A stretch of 64,000 nucleotides of DNA. Origin: Porphyridium purpureum. Its lineage: Eukaryota. The notes beneath the pieces are model-generated. The model searched no databases. It saw only the letters and a list, made by a program, of their open reading frames with translations, and was not told the origin of the DNA. The position numbers were made by a program, and so were the translations under genes. Positions 12,301-21,400 of this stretch are shown piece after piece. The DNA lies in the NCBI GenBank assembly GCA_008690995.1, contig VRMN01000003.1, positions 930,001 to 994,000 on the forward strand. Direction: 5' to 3'. Position 1 is the first letter of the stretch, and every line of letters starts with the position of its first letter.

Positions 12301-12487
12301 GGCGCGGCAAGTTGAGCGCCTCCGAGAACGACGCGGAGATATGAGCGTACGATCTGCTCCCGGCCTGCGACTCGAGCCCGTGTGCGTCTGGCGTTTCGCT
12401 TGTCTCACCTTGTGTAATGCGGTGCTGCGGGTCACCACGGTCGCGGCCGCGTTCCTCGTCGCCGGCGCGCTGCCGCGGCACAAGCAC
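9323..12487 (-). CDS. Dual-specificity (MAP kinase) phosphatase, plant MKP1-like; start uncertain
   Basis: DSP domain with LTDS general-acid loop and YVHCHQGISRS P-loop, followed by LFRVEPYSSRDPGYFVARRL, which resembles the post-DSP segment of plant MKP1. 12487 is GTG; the first in-frame ATG is 12007. Confidence 0.85.
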   Translation of the reverse strand: MLVPRQRAGDEERGRDRGDPQHRITQGETSETPDAHGLESQAGSRSYAHISASFSEALNLPRLPVDRCVDVAASHNSPQRSQYTDAQAANPVLSDYFRLWAYDADFDLKHAPHPLQVPSRASRWFAVACRYENCFDLDPSSVPVESSLLYEEVQRARTTLMKCFTAAPPHIETWPSSGSVRDRFALFLVDMENRNHSDEALQTSARALVAGEDMVASHFRNNQRDGAEGLILFIKACMVRNILTLLKAIPRDALQRSLDANIPLELSKYYSQHSSRDTPLTDRRALSLRNSSAARDQIALDLRGLEMNPPFADAAADLDLGRGPLDVRISRSISSMTSYSTSQRSQSSHSVRSARLASSLVFNHDCLSPLCAECDLFQNAPSSPSRRRTGGLPDITGRNGHEIPVPPSPTMRAFGGLGARSISLADSEPMSPRAKDRATVSAPFRSGAPAGSSSHGSASHVFGSIEPPSSPIITGSPRPRQFLDLDTSASRCDDGFSGEKGLPSGLPLSSARVARSRLLSGAAILSPLAKRFTVKDESDLLDGNEGEENSEEVDGSSEDGNASNDLFRLLSSSYSSDAGEHAFGDPASAPHGISTSPENVSLGSVSSSTASLSSKLVVKDGTSAVSSPSFSSSVPKTVRRGSLLTSVLLARDSVLSEPPGSPRVLAAIEHSREDGAPKKSSSEVFSLTEHHGGGHSHSGSMPELSGKRVSHEGHAVGADMVRTLSQSKYSEVKLSMQRSDSISKLNLGSVKNLAGLAEAPVTTPVQVTIDACHAVPSQVLPHLLVGSSVPARDLDLLRSKNVTHIINMCSLTEPDHFPGMFKYLSLKLTDSIDGDIGSLLLDICDFIDESQAASGTCYVHCHQGISRSCAAVICYLILRKGLTYEEAYASVMQARPIAAPNEGFVETLANLRGSLTAFDDMQLFRVEPYSSRDPGYFVARRLRDESRLRADETLCCIVAPPCAFVGRDYFVVLWTGRRANRDELYPHAMRACLQMVRQSKIALSFLSSNPAHHDVPSLREHLWASKGIDVGVIPENGVFDVAQDDEPWWLTALI

Positions 12488-13415
12488 GCTTTGCAGCCGC
12501 TGCCCTCGCGCGCGTCCTCGCTCAACACGCCCTCTCCGCGCTGAGCGGCGACCTGCGAGGCGCCCTGTGGCCCACCGCCGTCGAGTCCCGCGCGGCGCTG
12601 CTGGCGGCGCCCGCTAACGCGGGCAGCGCTGCACTCGCGCCGTGCCGCTGCATGTCATGCATGCCGCCTCTCCAACTATACCTCGCCGTCGACACGGGAC
12701 TTTCCATAGCTGTCCGGCTGCCGCCCGTTCATCTCGTCCCGCGCGCCCACGCCTTTCGTCCCCCTTACTGCACGTCCCGCGTGTCTCTCATGCACTCCCC
12801 ACCCCACCACGCAGCGCACTTGTGCACAACAAGTATCAAAGAGGGGGGGCTTGGCGAAAATCCAAACGGCAAACCACCACGTGAGTACACTGACCGCGTG
12901 TGTGCGTGCCAGTGCACGACCCAACAAAGCAACGCGCCGCGCCGTGTCGTGCCGCGCAATCCCGTTAGTTCGTTGTCCCTGTTTCTTGTTCTTGCTTGAT
13001 TCTTGTGTGATCTTCCTTGTCCAGTCGCGCACAGCCACACGGCACCCACACGGCGGAGAGACGCAAGGCCGCTTGTCTGTGTCTGATTCCGCGTGCGCGC
13101 GCGCTCCGTTTCCCATACAATGTGAGTGATGTGTGTCAACAGCACTCTCAACACCCTCCACGAGCAACCCTCCCTACAAAAACCCCCCCAAACCCAAACA
13201 AAAAGCAAGCCGCCAAGCACGTGCGTGCAATCTTACGCGGCACACACGCACGCGCGCGCGCCGCCCGTCTTGCGCATCACCGTCATCTCCGCCATGGGGG
13301 AATCAGAAATAGAATCAGAATCAAGACGCGACAATCACCACCACGTAGAGGCTCTTTGTATGATTGTGGCTTTGCGTTCTGGCGATGGGTCATTTTTTTT
13401 GGGGGACGGGAGAGC

Positions 13416-13757
13416 ACATCAAGGCCACTCCCACCCTTCACTTTCATCCACAATTACACACACACACACAAAACAGCACACAAAGCAGAAAAGCACAAAA
13501 GCACAAAAGCACAAAAGCAAAAAGTGAACAAGTGAACAAGTGAACAAGTGAACAAGTGAAAAAGGGAGAAAAGCAAACGGGGGCCAAAATTGCGGTCGAG
13601 GAGCATGGACGTCGATGACGTGGCGCGCTATTTTTAGATGGAGCAGTGACACCTCTTGCGGTCGTGAAGGTTGGTCGTGAAGGTTGGTGGTTTGTGTGTG
13701 TATGTGTGTGTGATTGTGGTTGTGGATGAAAGTGATGGGTGGGAGTGGCCTTGATGT
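13416..13757. repeat. Inverted repeat (38-bp arms, 1 mismatch) enclosing short tandem repeats
   Basis: 13416-13453 ACATCAAGGCCACTCCCACCCTTCACTTTCATCCACAA versus 13720-13757 TTGTGGATGAAAGTGATGGGTGGGAGTGGCCTTGATGT, extended inward by (CA)n and (TG)n tracts. The spacer holds about 3x AAAAGCAC, about 5x AAGTGAAC (13522-13560) and 2x GGTCGTGAAGGTT (13660-13685). Confidence 0.9.
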
Positions 13758-14110
13758 TGCGCGGAATGGGACACGCCAGCGGCTGCGCATCGGTGGGTTT
13801 GGATGATGGCTCGAGGTTGGCGTGGCGCGCGATGGGCCGCGCGGTAGCGTGCCCAGACAGAGCGGTTCAGACAACAATGTGCTTCACTCAGACATGCGCG
13901 CCGCGGCGCGTCTACGACTAGCTAATGTAGGACATGGGTACTTCAAGAGAGAAGGGACGAAAAAGGGACACGCTCAGCAACGAGCGTGCAGCTGCCAGCT
14001 GGTGGACAGGATGATGGCGCCGTCGTGGCGCGTCTCGCCACAAGCTGCCGCGTCTTCCATCGCAGCTCGCGGCTCCGACATCCGTCAGGGTCCGCCAACT
14101 GCAACCCCGC

Positions 14111-14648
14111 TTACATCATGCTCGCGATGGTGTAGGTCTGCGTCTGTATGCGAGATGGTAACGCAAAACGGACAGGTGGTCATACAAGGCACAAGTCACG
14201 TTGGAGTGTTAGTTCTGGAGTCCAAATTCCATTCGAACAATGTGCCCGCAGTGCGATGGGGTGGACGGCTAGGAAGGCCAAAAGCGTCCCTGCGCACCTC
14301 AGGGGGGGAGAGCACGCGAAAGACGGGAAACAAACGTACCTCGATCTGGCTGATACCAGAAATCTTGCTCGCCTTGTCGAGAAAGACCTGTTCCGGAGCG
14401 AACCCTTTCTTCTCCCACTCGCCAAACTTTTCCGCCGGCAGGACGGTGCTCACCTTGAAGTCTAGACACCCGCCGCACACAGTGCGACGAATATCCACGA
14501 CGCCGTCGACGCTTTTCACTTCGGGAAGCACCTCCTCCAGCAGCTGCTGCGCCTCCTCCAGCGACTTCTTCTCGTTCTCCGGCGACCACTTGAAACGCCA
14601 CTCTCGCGCAATCGTGTCAAACGACACGCCCTTGACGATTTCTGGCAT
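14111..14648 (-). CDS. Small (113 aa) conserved hypothetical algal protein with CGGC motif; two exons complement(14111..14143,14340..14648)
   Basis: Exon 1 MPEIVKGVSFDTIAREWRFKWS...VCGGCLDFKV...GISQIE; donor GAG|GTACGT at 14339, branch point ACTAAC at 14213-14208, acceptor CATACAG at 14144; exon 2 TQTYTIASMM*. Spliced length 342 nt is in frame. Confidence 0.85.
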
Positions 14649-14871
14649 GATCCACACTCGTGCACTTTCAGATCAACTCACCCCGAGGCTCTGCGTTTCC
14701 CGCTTTATCGATTGCAGATGTGGCCGTCTTACCTCACCAACCGCACCCAAACCAAACGCCTCACGTCTTTCACCTTTGATCTCAACCTGCAACTGGAACT
14801 CTTCCCGTTGATCATGTTAATCCAGCTTGGAAGGTGTGAGACCGCAACGTCAAAGTTAGGAAGAGTCGGAC

Positions 14872-17800
14872 ATGTCGACTTCAAACGACATGGATGCACA
14901 GATGAGGCTGCAACAACTGGGACCGTCACATGAAGTCGAAGCGACCGGCTTGAGCCGGAAGGCGGAGCCGGACCCAGAGACCGGGAGCGATGACGCAGAC
15001 GAAGTCGAGCGTAGCGCATCTTCTAAGAGCATGTCGCTGTTCGGGTCCTCATACCAGCACTCTCTGTCGCGCGACAGTAGTGTGATGCGACAAAGCCAAC
15101 AGCACAAGAACCGTTCGTCCGTTGCAGGAGACACCACGGCCGGACCATACGCGCAGGCGCCTTTGGCTGGTCGTAGCGCAACCGCACGAGGCGCCGGTGG
15201 TGGTGCGGGCGATGACCAGAAAACAAGCGCTGCAGGCCCGATCAGTAGGACTAAAAATGAGATTCGTGCGGAGCTGCAAAGTCTGCGTCTTATTCTGAAC
15301 GACTTGGAGAACCCTGATGCCCGAATGGACGACTATTCTGTCTTCAAGAACGGCGGCGGCTCTGGCACTGCGGTTGCGCAGTCATTCGCTAGGGATGGTT
15401 TGGGCCAGAGCGCGTCTGCGCCTGTGGTGTCCGGGCCTTCGCCAATAGAGAATTTGGTTGATCTTCGCGGAGAAAGACTCGCTCGCAGTATTCCTCACAG
15501 TCACGGAATGATACGAGTGCACTCGGATTTAAACGGTGAGCAACTCGGCCCGCAGAATCACCTAGACCAGCAACAAGACACGCTCCTGGGAGTCCCGCCG
15601 CAGCAGCGAGCATCAGTCGAATCAAAGCGGGACCGGGATCAACATTCACAGCGGCAGCCGTCGACAACGACGTCTCAACAGCCTCAAACAGCGGGAAAAA
15701 GTGCTGGCTTGGGCACGAAACTAATCGTTGTGTCAAATCGGTTGCCGGTCACCATCCAACGAGATCCGAATACGGGAGAGTTTGAATTCAAAATGTCGTC
15801 CGGTGGACTAGTATCCGCACTTGCAGGTGTCAAGCACGAGTTGCCGTTCGTGTGGGTCGGATGGACAGGTGCTGAAATGGCGCCGGACATGCAGAGCACG
15901 CTTTATTCGCGACTCGAAGTCGAGTACGACTGCATTCCGGTCTTTCTGACCGCTGAGATCGCCGACCGGTACTACAACGGCTTTTGTAACGACGTACTGT
16001 GGCCTTTGTTTCACTACATAACGCATCCTCCTGCGAACTCCGAAGGCGAGCAGAAATTTGATAGCAAGTTCTGGAAGGCGTATCGTATTGCGAATCGCTG
16101 CTTCGCAAGCGAAATCCAGCGCATCTACAGAAGAGGCGACTTGGTATGGGTGCAGGATTACCACCTCATGTTGCTGCCTCAAATGCTACGGAAAGCCATT
16201 CCAGACATCCAAGTTGGCTTCTTCCTGCATACACCATTTCCGTCCAGTGATGTGTTCCGCATTCTACCGGACCACAAGGAAATTCTGCGCGGCGTATTGG
16301 ACTCTGACTTGATTGGCTTCCATACGTACGACTATGCCAGCCATTTTGTATCCGGCTGCTCGCGACTGCTCGGACTTGAAGGCAGTCATCGAGGGGTAAA
16401 GAGCGCCCACCATTTCGCGAACGTGGGGATTTTCCCCATTGGAATTGACCCGTCATCATTCATCCAGGCATTGGACTCGCAAGCTGTCAAGGACCGCATT
16501 CAAGAAGTGCGCAAGGCATATACTGGTAAGCGCATTATCCTGGGCGTGGACCGCATGGACTATATAAAGGGCATTCCGCACAAGATCAAGGCCTTCGAAC
16601 GCCTACTTGCTCGGTATCCGAAGTACCGCGCATCCAAGGTCACGCTTATCCAAATTGGAGTGCCGAGTCGTACCGAGGTGGAGGAATATCAGAAACTCGT
16701 CAGCATAACCAACGAGCTTGTGGGTGGTATTAACGGCAAATACGGAAGCGTCGACTACTCACCCATCGTATTCATTAATCAGAGTGTCAAGTTTGACTTG
16801 CTCTGTGCTTTATACTACGTGGCCGACGCGTGCGTGGTGACATCGATTCGCGACGGTATGAATCTGGTCAGTTACGAGTACGTCATGTGCCAACTGCAGA
16901 ACCACGGCGTGCTCATCCTTTCTGAGTTCGCGGGCTCCGCAAGGTCCTTGTCTGGAGCTATGCGTGTCAACCCATGGAACACCGACGAGCTCTGCTCGGC
17001 TTTTAATGATGCGTTGTCGCTTGACAAGAAGGAGCGCCACATCCGCCACTGGAAACTGTATCATTACGTGACCACACATACAGCAGCCTTCTGGGCCAAG
17101 TCATTCGTGAAGGAGATGATCTCATCGTGCCGTGACACGCTGATGAACAAGAGCGCGGGACAAAGTGAATGCAAGCGGTTGGACGTCCAAGCGGATCTTG
17201 TCGACATTGGTTGGGTTAAGCAGACCAAGAAGAATGATTGGAGCGACAGTTCAGAGGGTGAGAAAGCCATGCAGCCGGATGGAGGTAGCGAAGGGCTGGA
17301 GTTCTACCGACTGATGATCTTCAACCATGAAGGAACGCTGGGAAAAGCACAAACAATTTCAGACCTCGCCAAGCCGACCGAAGACTTCCGTGACGTGCTT
17401 GCTGCTCTCTGTGCGGACAGCCGCAACATTATCTACATTATTTCTGGCCGCTCAGCAGACGTTCTTGAAAGTTGGTTTGGCCATTTGAATGTTGGCTTGA
17501 TTGCCGAGAATGGAAGCGTGTACCGCGATCTTAATCGGGAGTCGTGGACACCCATAGTGCGATCTGACGTACTTCTGTGGTTCGAGGACGTTTTACCCGT
17601 GCTGCAGTACTTTACAGAGCGAACGCCTGGTTCGGTGCTGGACCAAAAGCAGTATAGCATTTCATGGTTCTTCCAGAACGCAGACCCGCAGTTTGGCTCG
17701 TGGCAAGCTTTCGAGTTAAAGGAGACACTAGCGGAAATGTGCTCATCGCGAGACGTCGAGCTCATTATTGACGAGGAGAAAACGTTGACTCTCAAGCCTA

Positions 17801-18201
17801 TCGAGGCCAAGAAGACGGGGGCCGTCAAGCGAGTGATTGCAGAGCTGCAAAGCCGCGAGATGGAACTCGGGTTTGTGTTTGCCATGAGTGGCGGGGCGAG
17901 CAAAGCAGATATCGAGCTCTTCAACTATCTCAAAGATGTGTACGCGGATCACGGACAGGTTCAGAGCCAAAACTACCAACACTTTCCCCACGATCTTTCG
18001 TGGCCGTACGTTGAACAGCCATCGTCGAAACCCCCGACTCATGTGCTGACGTGTCGAGTTGGCAAGACCGAGCTACCGGCGGATCGATTCGTTCCCTCGT
18101 ACCGCGCGGCGCTGGATGCGATGCGAGAGTTGAGCCAGCTCACTGGCTCGCAGCCACGGCGTCGTTTGGGTGCGTATCGATCTTCGGCCGCGAATCGCTG
18201 A
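14872..18201 (+). CDS. GT20 trehalose-6-phosphate synthase-like protein (possibly floridoside/isofloridoside-phosphate synthase) with degenerate C-terminal TPP domain
   Basis: Intact GT20 motifs VVSNRLP, SSGGLVSAL, YYNGFCNDVLWPLFHY, QDYHL, FLHTPFP, VDRMDYIKG and RDGMNLVSYEY. The TPP-like part (ISGRS, GLIAENG, FTERTPGS) has HAD motif I as FNHEGTL. Confidence 0.92.
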   Translation: MSTSNDMDAQMRLQQLGPSHEVEATGLSRKAEPDPETGSDDADEVERSASSKSMSLFGSSYQHSLSRDSSVMRQSQQHKNRSSVAGDTTAGPYAQAPLAGRSATARGAGGGAGDDQKTSAAGPISRTKNEIRAELQSLRLILNDLENPDARMDDYSVFKNGGGSGTAVAQSFARDGLGQSASAPVVSGPSPIENLVDLRGERLARSIPHSHGMIRVHSDLNGEQLGPQNHLDQQQDTLLGVPPQQRASVESKRDRDQHSQRQPSTTTSQQPQTAGKSAGLGTKLIVVSNRLPVTIQRDPNTGEFEFKMSSGGLVSALAGVKHELPFVWVGWTGAEMAPDMQSTLYSRLEVEYDCIPVFLTAEIADRYYNGFCNDVLWPLFHYITHPPANSEGEQKFDSKFWKAYRIANRCFASEIQRIYRRGDLVWVQDYHLMLLPQMLRKAIPDIQVGFFLHTPFPSSDVFRILPDHKEILRGVLDSDLIGFHTYDYASHFVSGCSRLLGLEGSHRGVKSAHHFANVGIFPIGIDPSSFIQALDSQAVKDRIQEVRKAYTGKRIILGVDRMDYIKGIPHKIKAFERLLARYPKYRASKVTLIQIGVPSRTEVEEYQKLVSITNELVGGINGKYGSVDYSPIVFINQSVKFDLLCALYYVADACVVTSIRDGMNLVSYEYVMCQLQNHGVLILSEFAGSARSLSGAMRVNPWNTDELCSAFNDALSLDKKERHIRHWKLYHYVTTHTAAFWAKSFVKEMISSCRDTLMNKSAGQSECKRLDVQADLVDIGWVKQTKKNDWSDSSEGEKAMQPDGGSEGLEFYRLMIFNHEGTLGKAQTISDLAKPTEDFRDVLAALCADSRNIIYIISGRSADVLESWFGHLNVGLIAENGSVYRDLNRESWTPIVRSDVLLWFEDVLPVLQYFTERTPGSVLDQKQYSISWFFQNADPQFGSWQAFELKETLAEMCSSRDVELIIDEEKTLTLKPIEAKKTGAVKRVIAELQSREMELGFVFAMSGGASKADIELFNYLKDVYADHGQVQSQNYQHFPHDLSWPYVEQPSSKPPTHVLTCRVGKTELPADRFVPSYRAALDAMRELSQLTGSQPRRRLGAYRSSAANR

Positions 18202-18240
18202 GCGAAATCGTGCACTCGGGCGGCGCCGCTGTAGTTGTTC

Positions 18241-18287
18241 AAAAAAAAAAAAAAAAAAAAGAAAAAGAAGAAGAAAAGAAAAGAGAA
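18241..18287. repeat. Poly(A)/A-rich tract between the convergent TPS and Sec7 genes
   Basis: 20 consecutive A followed by GAAAAAGAAGAAGAAAAGAAAAGAGAA. Confidence 0.8.
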
Positions 18288-18465
18288 GGCTGAGCGAATG
18301 GAAATGTTTGCTCTCAAGTCACGTTGCCCCAGAATTGCTTCTACATGAGTACAGAAGATGTGGACATTGATTAGGGCACACTTTGAAGAATGTGAAATTT
18401 TCGTGAGCATTCTCGTGGCGCGACTCGGCGCAAAGACGACTCTAGGGTATCCGGAGCTCTCTGCG

Positions 18466-21400
18466 TCATTCGTCACTGCTACTTGGTTCTAATCCAGGGC
18501 TTCCGCGAATTTTTAGCGTGAGCGAGTCGCTCTGGGGAAGACGTGAAAGAGCCTGTTCGAGCCGTGAGAGGTCTAGTGCACCGTAAATTTCGACTCGCCG
18601 GTGCTGCGGCAAATTTTCCACTGAGCAGAGTTTCGAAGCCGAAGCGGATAGCGTCTCATTGCACACGCGCAGAACATCGCGCGCGTCGGCTTCATCTCGA
18701 TACACCACCGCAACGTCATAAATGCCACGCGGAAGGATCATTTCCGCCGGCTGCAGCAAGGCGGTCGCCTCAATGCGGCGCGGAATGCGGCGCTGCATGA
18801 ATCGTATTGCTGCCGCACGCACCTCATAGTTACCAAACTCGAGTAGACCCAAGAATAACTCGTGCATAGAGTCCCACAAATCAGCGAGACGCTCGCTTGA
18901 GACCTGCTCTAGGCTCTCCAAGATAAAGCTTACAATCGGCACCATACTTTGCAGCTCAGCATGATTACTGCTATCTTCGCCAGCGTACGCGTCCCGCGCG
19001 GCCAGCGTGCTACGATTCATGTTGCTGGCAGATAAGACGTAGCTCTGCAACACATCCTTGCACCGCTGGAACAAAAGCTTATCGTTCGATTCGCCGCCGT
19101 GCGCATGCACTGTGGGGTCACGCTTTGTATCCAGGTGGAACCAGAACATGATACGAAGCATTGCGCGTAGGCTCGTCATTTCCTGACGCAATAAGTTGGG
19201 TACCTGACTCATGTACCCTGCTCGCCACAGAAAGACTCGTAGATCAATGTTAGAGTTGAAAGCGTGTGCAAAGGCAAAACACTCGCCCAGGCTCACGCGA
19301 AGAGATGTCATTTGCTCCGTCGTGAGACTCAAGTAATTTGCACCGACCAGATCTTCGAGAAGCTCAATCAGCAGAAGTTGCGACACGCACTTTGTCCGCA
19401 CGACCTGAAAATTGATCTTCGACTCCGTGGACACTGTGTCAATGGCTGCGCTGGCTGCAATTGCGACGGCTCCTTTCTGCCGGACAAGCCCTACCGGAAG
19501 GTCTGACTCTTCGTCTTCCTCAACACTCACATTGTCCTTGGCATTCCGCAAATCCACGATGAGCTCAGCAGGCTGTGTTCTTTCAAACAGCAATTGGAGC
19601 TCATTCACGATATCGTCCCACTCCGACGCTTCCAGTACTTGGCACATGGCTTGTTCTGTGAGCAAGCGGCGAAGGCAACGGATGCCTTCGCGCGCTACCA
19701 GTTCTGACTCTTGTAAAATAAGGCAACGGATTAGCGACAAAATGTCCTTGAATAAGTGTCTAGTGCGCGCGTAATGTGCAACCCAGATTTCGATGAGAGC
19801 ATTCATCAGGCTGGCACCCGTTGTGGCAGACCAAAGCGAGGCAGCTTTCTCGTTGTCTGCGTCCCGCGCGTGGTGCTGACCGCCCGGTAGATGCTGCGCC
19901 TCGTCAAACATTGGCCGCAGCACGCCTCGGAAAAGCAGTGACCAGAGCCCGCGCGAAAACAACCCACCATACTCATACAGCACCTGGAAAATGCCGTCGC
20001 TTGCTGTGTCGCGCACCGCCGGCCGCGAGTCATATACACCATTCGAGAGCCCCAGCAGAGTCGGGAGCCAGACACGCACATGCTCATCGACGTGATCGTC
20101 GAAGCCAAAGGTCTCTCTGTCAACATCCTTGGTCTCCGCAGCGACAGCCTCTACTAGGCAGACAGGCACCACACCTTCCACTTGCCCGTCGGTGAGCATG
20201 AAAGGACACCTTGCTGTGAGATGTTCCAGCGCCGCGATGCTAATGCTCTCAGTAGGGCATGACGAAAAGGCAGTCAGGCACGTGACCACTTCAAGGTAAA
20301 GCTCTCGCGACATGGCAAGGCTTTTGGTCTGCCGCGAGTCTGTGTTCGGATTCTGGCCCCGGAGCACATTTTCTAGCAGCCGGAAGGCTTCGCTGCGAAG
20401 AAAAATATTCGAGCTTTGTGCAGCGGCCGAGAAGACGGCAAATATAGGCTTCCACCCCGAATGCATCTTGCCAGTAACTTGGGGAGAAAACACAATCGCC
20501 GCCGCGCTCTCCAGAATCACCTCTTTCGTGTATGCATTGCAGCTCGGCGTGCCAAACGCGTCAACAAAGGGATCCAGGAACCGGCGCTGGAAACTAAAGT
20601 TTGTGAGCTCCTCCTTGAGCTGCACAAAGGACAGGTAAAGCTGAGTTAGCATATGAATGGAATAAACGCTGATCATCAAATTTGGATGGACAATACACGA
20701 AGTCACGAAAGGCGTAATGCGCTCCCACAGCTGCATCCATTCAATACGCGAGCGAGCGCGAAGATTCGCCGTCAGAACGCGCACAAACTGAACCAGACAA
20801 AACGTACGTGAGCCTCGCAGCTCTGAGGCACATTGAAATAGGAGAGCGTCGACCAGTCGCAGAAGTTCCGCAAAGGAGTATCGGTCTGAGCCCGAGAACA
20901 GGCCTGTCAGGCTGCAATCATCAAAAATACCAACAAATGCAATCATAGCCTCCCTGTTCCGTCCCGGCTCTGATGGTACCACTTCGACACCACCATATCG
21001 AAACTCATATGGATCTTTGTTTTTCCACGCGTGTTCAACGACCCAGTCCTTCACCAGCCGCGTGCTGCTGTCCAAAGCGGTCTCGCAATGGTCACCCATC
21101 AACTCACCTTCTTGTTCTTTCGATACTCCTGCGGTTCCGGTTGCGGTCGCGGCCTTGATCTCGGGAACTTCCAGCTGCGATATCGACAATGTCTGCAGCC
21201 TACCACTCACGTCTGCGCGCAGCTCCGCAATCCACGAAGCATACTTAATGGCCTGAGGCCAAAAATCGCCCAGCCCGACGCCGTCGCGCGACGCCACGAG
21301 CAGCAAAGTTCGCAGCGTGAACGCAGTTTTGCGTGGCGCCAGAACGTCATGTGGATGTGCAAATCGTGACAGTGACGCCACCAGAACGTCGCGCTCAGAC

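Noticed and set aside
13822..14811. 329-aa plus-strand ORF, and similar long antisense ORFs elsewhere (6768-7652, 8177-9136, 38787-39944)
   Set aside because: Shadow ORFs opposite genuine genes, expected in GC-rich codon-biased sequence.
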